Source: Azolla caroliniana
Taxonomy: Eukaryota; Plantae; Polypodiophyta
Reading direction: 5' to 3'
DNA: 64,000 nt
Assembly (NCBI GenBank): GCA_043228905.1
Contig: JBHGNT010000001.1
Span: 4,526,001 to 4,590,000 of the forward strand
Below the pieces are notes generated by a model, which had not been told where the DNA came from, ran no database searches, and saw only the letters and a list, made by a program, of their open reading frames with translations. The first letter of the stretch is position 1. Each line of letters starts with the position of its first letter. This document shows positions 39,601 through 51,696 of this stretch, piece by piece. The position numbers were made by a program, and so were the translations under genes.

Positions 39601-40336
39601 TGTCGCACATATTGATACATATACATAAAAGGCTTGTAAAATGATCCTTAAAGATACACGAGATAAACGATCATTCCAGGAAAAGGCAGTCAAATGCATG
39701 GGTGAATCGAAAGGGGGGGGGGGGGGGGGGGGTGTTATCAGTAGTTTGTAATACATACATATGTACATAGCAAAAACCCGTCCGGAAATAGACGTACGCA
39801 CGCGCTATAATTAGATACATATGTACATAAACGGAAGCGATGAAGCCACCAAATGTGGAATGAATATGAGAAGAGCTATCCATTTCTCTAATGCCAATCC
39901 CAAAGTTCAAACTAAATGAATGAATGAACGAATTAGTAAGTAGTAGTAGTAAAATATTTAACGTTTTCCTTTCACACAAGCTCTCAGAATTTACGCAGAA
40001 GCGAATAAAAAAGACAATCGTGCTCAGGAGACAGCAGCAGCAGCAGCAGCAGCTAACAAACAACAGAAAAGAAGGAGAAGAAGAAGGAGAAGAAGAAGAA
40101 GAAGAAGCCCGATTAATTTAATTTTTCTGTCAGACGCGACGGCGATGGTGGAGAAGATAGATCACTAGTGGCCTGCTTTTTGGGAGATCGGCGATGGTCA
40201 TGCTCCCCACGATTCATGTTTCCTCCCCTCTTTCTCCCCTCTTTCTCCGAGATGCCACATACTTCTCACTCATCTCATTCGTCTCCGCAAAGGATCCATC
40301 GGATCTTCTTTCGCCTCCTGAACCTCCGCTTCCCCA

Positions 40337-43300
40337 ATGACCAAGCCTGCAGAAGAAACCGAAGCTGAAGCCGCCGCAGTAGAATCCGAATCCGAATCCG
40401 AATCCGAATCCGAATCAGAAGCAGAAGAAGATGAAGGAGGAGGAGGAGAAAGAAGAGGAATGCGCCTCCCTCCTGAAAGCATTCCACTATCTATCGCCCT
40501 GCGGGTTGGCTCCCTTTCTCCATACCAACAAATGACGTCTTTAATTTTTTCTCTTCGATTTTGCCCTCTTCTTCTTCATCATGATCATTTCCGTCCACGA
40601 ATTGAAAAACGGTATCTAGAATTTAGTTATTCATCATTCCTCAATGATTTCATTAATCTTATTCTTCCGTAATCGAGAAATGAGTTCTGGATTTTAGTTT
40701 CATCACTTCCCTATGATTTCGTTAATCTTCTTCTTCACCATCATTTCTTTACACGAATAAACGAGGATTTTGTTATTCTGTTAGTGTGGCATTTGTTTTC
40801 ATGCAAATTTAGCCTAGTCTTTTTTGTCAGCTTTCCTTCCCAAATTCCAAAATAGATATTTATAATTCCGTTTCCATTTTATTTGAGCTTATTTTTCATC
40901 CATTTGTGTGATATTTGTATTGTTTATGTTTGTTGCATGCAATTCATTGCAAATTTACCTGCTTCTTCATCACCATAAAATCCTCTTTGAATGTTTCCTA
41001 CCCTTCACAGATTCCAAAAATTCCGTGCTTTGGCAGATTAGTTATTCGTCCAATTCAAAATGATTTTGTTAATTTTTGCATACCAATTTTTATTGTGTGG
41101 TCTAACGTTCTCCAGCACAATGCTATCAATCCTTTTGGATTTCTTTTTACTTTCTTTTTCAGATAATGGACACCCTTTTGAAAACATTCAATTTGTCCCT
41201 GGTATTGCAGAATTACCTTTCTTTCAGGTCAAAATTAAGGGTCATGTTTTTATTTCTAGTTTTTCATCTGTTCCCTTCAGATTTCAGGTTCTGCATCAGT
41301 TTTTATGTGTAATTTCAGATGCTTCAATCCACATTTGTCTGTTTTTAGCTTCTTCATGCGATTTCACTGTGTTGGTTTTTATCACACTACAATCCTTTTG
41401 CATGTTTTCTCTCTTTTGATTCTTATTTAATATTTCATTGAACTTGCTAACGTTAATTCTCAGAATTCATAATAATTTTCTTTGCAGGAACTGAAGAGTA
41501 TAAAGTCTCATCTTCACTCCGCAGCTGAGTTTTGTGAAATGACATATCTATTGAATGATAAAAAGAAAGCGTAATCTCACATTTCCTTTTGTTAAAGAGA
41601 GATTATTTACGGTTTCTATTGCTCGTTTGTTAGTCAAGATGATTGAGCTAATGCAAACTATTTAACTTAATTTGATAGACAGTGTCTATGACAATCTGAA
41701 GGATTACTCAGTTAAGGCCCTTGTGAATGCAGTAGATCATGTTGGTACAGCTGCGTTCAAGCTCAACGAAACATTATCTCGATGCATAAAGGACATATCG
41801 ATTTTGCAAGTTAATACTTCTTCTATGGCACAGGTATGAGTTTCTTTCACTAAGATCGAAACCCTTTGTCTTTGTTGAATACTTCCACTGAAGGAAGGAT
41901 TGTGCTTTGTATAGAGACTCAAAGTATCTCACGAAATAGCTAATTATGAAGGATTGATGCACTATCGATGTTCTAGAAGAAGGGCAGTATATGATAGGCA
42001 TTATGTCCTTGCAGGTTAGAACTTTGTTAGTCTATGAGATGTTCTCACCATTAATTTATCTCTTCCATGAGTTGCTCAACTTGATTTTTCACAATGCTAA
42101 AATCAGAGAATGGAAGCAAAGATGCTCAAAATGAGGAAGAAAAGCAAAATAAAAAAATGTATGAACTACAACAATCATCACCATATAGCAAGGATGCTCA
42201 TAATGAGGAAAGAAAGCAAAATAAATTTTTTTATGAACTGCAACAATCATCACCATATAGCAAGGATGCTCATAATGAGGAAAGAAAGCAAAATAAAAAA
42301 ATGTATGAACTGCAACAATCATCACCATACAAAAACATCGAATCGTCTCCAGATAGTCTTGAATCAGGTAGACATTAGTAATATTGGAATTAATTCTCAA
42401 ATCACATGTTAGTCTTGAATGTTAAAAGGTCACTCACATATTCACCGATTCTTAAATATCATATGAATGACCACGGGGAATGAGTAGATTTCATGGGATC
42501 GTATAGAAGATTGGGTACAACGCGCCACGTATCATTATTTATGTTTTTCTCTTTGTTTTCAAGGAATTCTATGTTTATGTAGTACCAAGATATAGCCATT
42601 TGCTACAACTCAATATCTAGGCCTTGTTTGGAAGATGGACATTATCATTATGGTTTGTGTTAATACTGTGTCTCTGTCTTTTGAAAGTGGCTAAGAAGTG
42701 GCTCATATCTCTCAAATTTACCGACACAACCTCAGAAACCTTTAGTAAACAGTTTCATCAGGTCTAGTTCTAGTTTCACGGGATTTAACTCCTCACAAAA
42801 CATGACAATTGGCCTCACTAAATTTTCCATTGTTGAAAAACTGATAACAAACAAGAGAATTCAACCTCACTAATTTTTCCATTGTTGAAAGAAAGGATTC
42901 AGCAATTGCAACATTAGGGAACTCTAAGAATGTCAGTGATAGGGAGCAAAAAAGAGTTCTAAGATGTACAGTATACAAGATTATTTTAGTTGAAACGTTA
43001 AAATCTTGGAGGATCCATTACCTGTTTCATATTTGAATCCTTCTATTCTGGTTTAGGGTCTTTCTCTCAATCACTAGCGAGTGGACTGTTCTCTGGTGTC
43101 AGTGGACCAAGCATCGGACAGGAGCAGGTAATTATCTTATTTGCATAATTCATTATTATTTTTCCAAGTATATTCTGATGGAAATCCATTTAAATTTTAT
43201 GAAATTGTAACAATATACCCATGGTCTATGTCCTTGTTTAAAGATTCTTTCTAGTATGTAAGATACATATACGTATGTGGAAATAAACATCAAATTGATC

Positions 43301-43796
43301 ACATCAGAATTAGACTATCAAGATGCTTAATGTGCAGTATAGTGTTGCTTCATTAGGATAGGTAGTGTCAACACGAGCTCTTAATGTTTGAATTCTATAA
43401 GAAAATGGATACTGATGTTATCACTGTAGGACATTGTTCACTTATTTTTAGTTGTTTTGTCTCTATAGGTAGCAGAAGCAATCTTCTGTATATTCCCAAT
43501 CAGATGTTTTATTATGTAACCAACCCCTCAGAAAGAAATATGTTTTTCCAGTTCTACCACTGAAAGTTTCCAAGTATTGCTTTGGGTTTCATCTCTCTAT
43601 GGATATCAATAATCATGTAACCTTTTAGTGACATGTTTTTCAGGTTCGATCATCGAGAGTTCCCAGGTCATTATCATTATTACTTTCACGGAATGTAATT
43701 CGACATCATGACAAAACGAGCTTGCATTCATCTCTGCTCAAGAGTAGGAGCTCCAAACCAAAAAGGTTGGGCAATGTGACTTCTTTTAACAAGTGA
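40337..43796 (+). CDS. ABIL (Abl-interactor-like) SCAR/WAVE complex subunit
   Basis: Exons 40337-40504, 41488-41570, 41683-41833, 41915-42014, 42107-42367, 43057-43127 and 43644-43796. They splice to SIALR|ELKSIKSHLHSAAEFCEMTY...|VYDNLKDYSVKALVNAVDHVGTAAFKL...|RLKVSHEIANYEGL...RHYVL. Extra small exons at 42560-42760 are possible, and the 3' exons are less certain. Confidence 0.85.
42115..42330 (+). repeat. In-frame 72 bp x 3 repeat in an ABIL exon
   Basis: Units start at 42115, 42187 and 42259 and encode SKDA(Q/H)NEE(E/R)KQNK(KM/FF)YELQQSSPY. Confidence 0.92.
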
Positions 43797-46000
43797 TATA
43801 CAATGGCATGCATGAATGGATGATCACCATTCCTAAAAAGCAGGCATTGCATGTGATCTGCATCTCATCTTCAACATTTGAGTGGTTTTAATATAATGAA
43901 CCTTTATCTTCAATCCAGTTGAAGATAAAGGTTATCGTTTAATATAATGAACCTTATCCAGTGTACATTCTTGTTTTTTGACAAATGGAGAGTTGACAGC
44001 TTTGCAGAGTGCTTCCCCAGGAAGGCAAATGGAGATGGAGATTTCATCTAATCTAATTTACGGGTGGATGTCGTGGGGTTTCATCATGTTTTCCAAAATA
44101 ATGATATTAAAAAGTTGGCATGGAATTTACTGTCTCCTATTCATGTTTTTCAAAATAATGATATTAAAAAAGTTGGTATGGAATTTACTGTCTCCTATTG
44201 TCTTACAGAATGTGAGTGCTTGTAGTTGTGGGTTATCTACTGCCCTAGCTTTTAAGCTGATGCGCTGAAAGAACTAAAATATCATGAGAAATTTGTAGGC
44301 TAAACACTGATGGGCTACATAAACCATACAGAAAATGACAATATGGTTTTACAGAATTTGCGTTTATCCACATGTACTATACATGGTTTTGTAGACTGGA
44401 TTAGAAAGGTGAGATAGTACATTCAAAATATTCGCATTTGTAGCCACTAATATGGTTTATCACAATATTAGTGGTCAACAAGTTTACAAGCCTAAATTTA
44501 TGGTTCCCCATAGCACCATTCAAATAGGATGACTATGCAACCAATAATGGATAAAAGCATATAGGGTTCACTTGCAATGTTATATATTAAATACACTTGA
44601 ACGCATGGATAAAGATGGAAAAGGCAACACGCTCAAACACATGGACAAAGAACTCACAGTGATACCCTTCAGTTTATATTAACCATCTTATTATGGACTT
44701 CACTATCAACTATAATGGCCCTGATTTTTATCTTGGGGATAACAAAATCTACAATAGCAAAAATGATAATGTTTCAACAACAATTTATCTTGATCAATCA
44801 AAAACCAATTGCCCTTGTTTCATATTTCCCCAATTTCCATAAATAATTCACAATGCAAGTGAATTAGGAAAAATTAGTCACCAATTGCTGAAATAGCCTT
44901 ATCAAACTGCCACAGATTTGAAAATGAATACCACATAAAATGACGTTCCAAGATCAGAGTGATTTCATGCATTCTGATCACATTTCTAAACACAAATGAA
45001 GCCACATCCACTAGACCTGTAATGGCAGCATATGGAGTAAGGAGGGATATACTCCCAAGGTCTCTTTATCATTGATATGTGGATAATACCTACAGAATAT
45101 TTATAAATAAAGCCCTAAAGTTGATTGTCTTCAGTCTATACAGAATAATAAACTTCACTGTTGCTTCATGGGGTACAATACAAAACGATAGGGTTTTCAT
45201 GTAAAATTATCAAAGCTGAAACAAGCATCCATAGTCACTCTTGTTATTATTATGTTTTTCAAATACTAATAGAAAGATTTATTGTTATTATTGTTTCAAA
45301 TTTATATGCTGCAACTTCATCAGCAGTAGTAAACAAAAAAGACAACACTTTCAAATTTATATGCTGCAATCACACTATTAAGATTCTCAAAAACTAAAGC
45401 AGAGATTAATCAGATAGATGACTAGAAAGTTCATCCCAACACAGAATAACAAATTTGCAGGTTGCAATTTCATGTGAGGTAGAACACAAGATTAGGCTTT
45501 CAAGTAAATAACAAATACTAAGTCAGACACCCTCAGTTTTAATTCTCGGTTTCAAATATTAATGCAAAGAGATTAATTATCACAATTGAGTCTTATACAT
45601 AGAAAGTCAGACAATGATGGATAATGCTAAGGATGTAATAATCAACTTGGCCATATGTCCCCAAATAGAGCAAAGTAAACAGCCCAGACATGTCTCCATA
45701 TAGAGCGTAGTAAATACACACACACAGAATAACAAATATGTATGTTGTGATTTCATGGGTGCTAGCTAGGACAAGAAAAGACAAGGCTTTCAAGTAAATC
45801 ATAAAGCTGAAACAAGCATCCACAATGAGACTTCTATTAAGTTTTAAAATACTAGCAAAGAGATTTATTGTTACCATTGTTTCTTATACATAGGAAATGC
45901 AGTTTGAACCAGAAATCTGCTAGTTCCATAATAAAAAATCCAGTAGCTTATTCCGAGGCTTGATTGAGAATCCAGTACAGAAAAAAATATAGATGTTATG

Positions 46001-48215
46001 TCAATATCTATGTGAAAGCTTTTCTTTCTCCTTGAAATCTTCACAATACCTGCACAAAATCTCTCTCTCTCTCTCTCTCTCTCATTCATATATTACACCA
46101 CATATCACTCCTAAACTACATTACATATCAATATATAAAACTTTAAAACCTTACATAATCTTCATTCACCTATGTCTCTAGCAATGCAGGCGTATCCAAA
46201 GGTTGAATCAATAAGAGGAAAATCTATCTCTTCTTTTTACTGATAGATTATCATTATTCCACCTGATCCCCCTGTACAGTTTATCTATTCCCTAAATACC
46301 CTCACACACCCTCTGTCTCTTTCTTTTTGGTAAAAGCACGCAATTATCTTAATTATATGTAAAACCCACTGTTACAACTTTGTGGCCTAATTCTCTACCT
46401 ATGTAGCTAGAGGGACATCCTCTAAGGCCCATCAGTCCTACAAACAGAGTTCCTCAAATGGTAATAATCCTGATTGTAGTGAGAGAGGTATGCTATGACA
46501 TAGCATATCTACAATAGTTCTCAATCTTGTTGCTGCACACGTGCAGACAAAGAGCTGCCTATTCTCAATGGCAAGTTAACCTGTCTGTTCTTGATAGAGC
46601 TGCCTCTAGCAGGAGAAATATGCGCACAACAATATTTCCAGCCTGGCTAATATGCATACTCACTTGATAAGCATCTTAGATCATTCAATCAACTAAATGA
46701 ATCTTAGAATGGAAAAATGCAAAATTAGTGACACACAGCAGAACCAATATGGGCACTAACTAATTTCACAATATGGAGAAAATTTCCTTGAAGAGCAAAA
46801 GGAATGCCAAAACTGATCCATTATTCAACTAACTTCCAGAATTTCAATCAGTAACTTCAAAGAGGAAAATCAATTACCTAATCAATGGTATAAAAAAGGC
46901 CACTTTACACTGCCACAGAGAAATACTATGATTTGTTACAGAAACTCACACGTGGATATTGGACTCAAATGAACTTCCAAATTTCTCACAATGTAAGGGT
47001 TTAATCAACCCCTTTCTCCAGAAATTAAGCTTGTCTTTGACACAACTACTCTTTATCTATCACTCCCTGCTTTATTATTCAAGAGGTTAAATAGAAACCT
47101 ACAGACTACTTATCAAATAGAAATCTGCAGCAGCGGAATTAACTGGTGTAGAAAATAATATCCCCTGGATTGGAAATATTTAACGTGGAAATATTTAACG
47201 AGTGATCAAAATCGAACTGCAGTTCTAACCAAATAGAATATTTTTTGACAACATATGCTAAACAAAACCCCGATGTCATTAACTATTTGACAACATATGC
47301 TAAACAAAACCCCGATGTCATTAACTATAGATGAAAACAGAAAATCTGCGCAAATAAAACGACTAACTCTGGATTCTTTATTTCCACGAAAAATAGAATT
47401 GTGAAACTGAAAAAAGATATTTTACCTATATATCCATCGCTCTAACAAATATACTTTTCATCAAAAACTACATCTTCATATACTCATTTTTATAGATAAG
47501 GGTGACTATAAAGGTTGGAGGATATTTCTCAACGCTGCATACTGTTCATTATAAAATTTGACTGAAAAACTTTAAATGGTATTTACTAAAACTACATTTT
47601 TATATAGCTGTTTCTGCCAGATTCAGGTGAATGGAACATCATTTTTGAACTACTACTTCACCTCCCTATTTACATAATGAAAACGTTGAGAATTCCTTCA
47701 GAAAAGAGGGACAAAGGATGTAAAAATCTCGTTTAAACTGCATCTTTAGATCCCTATATACATAATGAAAACGTTGAGACTTACGATCAGAAAATGATGC
47801 AAGAGAAGGGAACGACCTTGTCGAAACTGTACCTTTACATTCCTATTAATATGATAAATAACAAGTAGAAAAAGGACCGCAAATTCGTTTCCAAAACTAC
47901 ATCTTTCTATGTCCATTTTCTATACTAATCAGAAAAACAGATAAACGAAGAATCGTTTTTTTTTTTCTAAACAACGTCTTCTTAAATTAATAACTCCATG
48001 AAGACAAACGATCTCTCTGTGTGTAGATAGATGTGGAATACTAACCAGTAAGTTCCTACAAGAGGACCTAGCAAGAAGATGGAGTTAAGCCAGCTGCCAG
48101 AGATCTTCTCGCTGATCTTGTGAGGGATGTCTTTGAAGAGGCCACCCATGACATGAACCTGGTTAGGGGAGAGTGTGTAGACGACCTCTTTCAAACGCAC
48201 AGGAACCTTCCCCAT
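46001..48215 (-). CDS. QCR8: Cytochrome bc1 complex subunit 8 (UQCRQ/QCR8), 72 aa
   Basis: Exon 48215-48046 gives MGKVPVRLKEVVYTLSPNQ...LLGPLVGTY. It joins in phase 2 to exon 46049-46001, WYCEDFKEKEKLSHRY*. Confidence 0.93.
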
Positions 48216-48265
48216 CGCTTCCAATCTGTCTGTGTGTGTGTGTGCCCGAGTCTGTGGCTGCAGAA

Positions 48266-48275
48266 ATTAGGGTTT
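48266..48275 (-). promoter_or_regulatory. Telo-box (AAACCCTAAT) about 50 bp upstream of the QCR8 ATG, with a TATA-like TATATAGA at ~48312-48319
   Basis: Plus strand reads attagggttt and tctatata. Confidence 0.45.
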
Positions 48276-50361
48276 GCTGTCTCACGTCTTCCTTAAACAG
48301 GTTTCCTTAATCTATATAGCATGCATATTACAGTTTTAGGGCAATTTACCAAACTATCCCCGGTCGTCTAGGTTTCCAAAATTCCCAAAGTGCCCCTGGT
48401 TTTTCAAAATACATCAATTGTGATCCGGGAAGCGTCTCAATTCTGGAACTTGTGACCCGTAACACTCATCGATGTGAAGTCTATGCTCCCCTCGGTCTAT
48501 CGCTTCGATTTGTGGTACATGTTCATTAAGTCAAGGATGAGCATGTTTCAGAAGGTAGGCTATATTACCTTTTGCCCCTGACTGGACAAAAACGCAAGTT
48601 TTTAAGTTGTTGTCGAGAGAGAGCTTGGCATAAGTAGATTATAGGTCCAAAAGGAAAGTGGGCATTGTGCTTTCCAGTCAATTTGTGTATTCCCAATGGA
48701 AAGTTACAAGGGTTTCCCAAGGGGATATAATGATATCCCCCTGACTAAATGGCAATGGAAATCCTTTATTGAGATTTTCAAGTACAAGATAACGGTCACT
48801 CGAGTGGAGTCGAACCCAAAAATGAGGAAGGATTGAGAGGATAAGGATTATTTGTTAGTGAGTATGAACCAATTTTAGTAGCTGGTAGTGGGATTTATGT
48901 ACTACTTTGACATAACTCACATTTGTGGTAGTGGTAATGTATTGGTATGCTAGTTGATTTAAGAAGTATCATTAGAATAAGGGCTTCCGAGCTTTGAGAA
49001 TTCAAATTCAGGTGACGATGTGGATGTATACAGTCCCAAGTTTACCAACCCACCACTAACTAATAGGATGCAAATTGTTCTCTTCAACCCAAACAAAAAC
49101 AACTAATAATTTCATTGTGAAGGGCATAAGAGTTCTCCATACTTCTTCAATCCAACTAATGTATGGTTTCTATATAATTATTCAGCTAGATTGAGTTCCT
49201 TTTCAAAATGGAAAGAAAGGAAAGTGTGCATAATGTCTCCCTCATGCACATATTCGAGCACAATTATATAGGGAATACGTGCACGAGGGAGCTATCTTGT
49301 GTTTAGGGATCTATCTCGTGAGTTATCTACCTCCAAAGCGATGAATATATCTAAAATGCATCCTGGCTTACTATGATTTGAAGTCAGAACCTCATGGATT
49401 GATATTACTTTATTACAATATATTCAGATCCCAGCAAATGCACTTTATTTTAGTGCTATACTAGTGAACCGATGCTTTTATTGTGGTTTTTAACCTAGTC
49501 CCAGTAATCCTTTCCCCAGCATATAACATTTTTGTGCAATGGAAATATTGTCTCATTCATCCTTGGATCACATCTATCATATTACTTTCGGATGCTATAC
49601 ACATGTATTCATTGCAATTCCACATCCATTGATGGAGCTTAAGCCACTTAAGAAGCACTCTTTCTCAACATAAGGTTCATGGATATTCATATTGTGATAA
49701 AACACAAGACCGTCTGGGCAGGCACAGGGTTTGGGGTTTAGGAAGGCTAGAACTTGCCAACGCCATATCAAGTAGACAAATTGATGAGCTCAACATAACC
49801 TTATCATGCTCATCAAGACAAATACTTGCATGGTATAAAATATAGCGTGTGACACCTTCTCTTGCTACCCTTCAAAGTTAATCACCACCACCCTCAACCA
49901 AATTAAAAAGAGAGGGAGGTAAAAGAAATGCAACATTTTTTGCAAAATCCCATAAGAATTCTGTACTGGCCTCCCAGGGACATGAATATAACATAGCGAT
50001 GAATAATCCATATGTCACAAAGTCAAAACCTGTAACCTTCCATAGTAGGATGCCATTGGTTGTGCTTTGCTAGCCTCCCAAATACACTAGATAATCATTG
50101 TCGTCAACCCCTTTGAAATGTGAAGGAGCGTTCATTCTCAATGGTTCCATGAACAGGACTTTCTTGTACATGAATCTTCTCTTAAATTTGTAGACAGCAA
50201 GAAGTTTCAATTGCTTGAAAGCGATATAGTTCCAGAGTGTTCTAGACCAAGCAGCCCTATTAATTCTGAGTGCCCAGATGCACGAACCTCAACCATGATG
50301 TAACTTCCTTCCATTGAAATGGGTTAGACTACAACACTTTAAGATAACCTTATAGCCAATG

Positions 50362-51696
50362 TCACAATTTTTGTGCTGAACTTTCTTTTGCTCCAATCAA
50401 AGAAGAAATGTTGGAGAGCATAATAGAGGCAGCTGTATCGCTCGGTTCCAAAGAAAGGATATTTTCCACTGCCCATTTTGCTAGCTTGACATCGCCATGG
50501 ATCTTACATGCACCAAGCAAGGCCCTCCACAAATTGAGGCTAGGTTTACATGGCATGTTTTGAATGAGGCATTTTCCCTGTCTTAAGAGCCCTGCCCTAC
50601 CAAGGAGATCGACCATACATGCATAGTGCTCTTCTGAAGGCTTTATTGCATGGTCTCGCTCCATTGAGCAGAGAACATAATACCCCACATCTATCAGGCC
50701 AGAATGACTACAAGCAGTAAGCTTGTTGACAAATGCAATATGATCCATCTTAAATCCATTCAAATTCATTTGATCAATCAACGAAATGGCTTCCATACCA
50801 GAGCCATGCTGGGCATAAGCTGCTGCCATCACACTCCATGAAGCAATATTATATCTGCCAGAATTTCGAAACATGTAAAATGCAACATTGATGCACCCAC
50901 ATTTTGCATACATATTCATGATGGTATTAGTAATCTCAATTTCCAAGTCAAATCCTAACTTCAATATCTCGATATGCAGCTTCTTACCCAATTCCAGGGC
51001 TGCAAGTGACCCACATGCCAGCAGGATACCTAGATATGTCACTTGGTCTGGCATGATGTTCACGTTTTTCATGTCATTGTAAAGTTTGACTGCCTCTTCT
51101 TCAGGCCCATGTTGGGCATAGCCAGCAACTATAGCATTCCAAGAGACCACATCATGCAATGCCATTTTCCTGAATACAATGTGTGCCTCCTTCATATTTC
51201 CAAATTTAACATACATGCTTATGAGAGCATTAAAGACCTCAATGATCGTTAGTTTCCCATTGTTCAGGATAAGGGTATGTAATCTCTTCCCTTGTTCTGA
51301 TAATTCCAACCGGGTGCAAGCTACAAGCATACCCAAGAAAGTGACCTCATTCGGCTTTACCCCTTCAAGCTGCATTTGATGGTAAAGCTTTATAGCTTCT
51401 TTAGGATATCCAAACCGTGCATATCCTGCAATCATGGCACTCCATGAAACCACATTCGGGTCATTGAGTCTATCAAATACTTGCCATGCATCTTCCACAC
51501 ATCCACACTTTGCATACATGGCAACGAGAGTGTTTCCAATGAAGATATTAGGTACGGTCAAAATTTGCACCACATAGCCATGGAAAAGCCTGCCTTTCTC
51601 AAGGTTTCCAGAGTTTCCAAATGCCTGTATAATGCTCAAAAACGTGACTTTACCTGGTATCTTCCGGTTACCACATTCAAGTTTCAATGCAGCCAT
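50362..51696 (-). CDS. PLS-class pentatricopeptide repeat protein with an E domain and no DYW; 5' region appears decayed
   Basis: Intronless P-L-S triplets (GNTLVAMYAKCG, NVVSWSAMIAGYA, PNEVTFLGML) are followed by ACSHSGL, EHYACMVDLLGRAG and WRALLGACKIHGD. The ORF stops just after IMLSNI. Confidence 0.88.
   Translation of the reverse strand: MAALKLECGNRKIPGKVTFLSIIQAFGNSGNLEKGRLFHGYVVQILTVPNIFIGNTLVAMYAKCGCVEDAWQVFDRLNDPNVVSWSAMIAGYARFGYPKEAIKLYHQMQLEGVKPNEVTFLGMLVACTRLELSEQGKRLHTLILNNGKLTIIEVFNALISMYVKFGNMKEAHIVFRKMALHDVVSWNAIVAGYAQHGPEEEAVKLYNDMKNVNIMPDQVTYLGILLACGSLAALELGKKLHIEILKLGFDLEIEITNTIMNMYAKCGCINVAFYMFRNSGRYNIASWSVMAAAYAQHGSGMEAISLIDQMNLNGFKMDHIAFVNKLTACSHSGLIDVGYYVLCSMERDHAIKPSEEHYACMVDLLGRAGLLRQGKCLIQNMPCKPSLNLWRALLGACKIHGDVKLAKWAVENILSLEPSDTAASIMLSNISSLIGAKESSAQKL

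Noticed and set aside
42110-42412. Alternative-frame His/Lys/Met-rich ORF over the 72 bp repeat
   Set aside because: The preceding exon ends in phase 1, which fixes the SKDA...SSPY frame.
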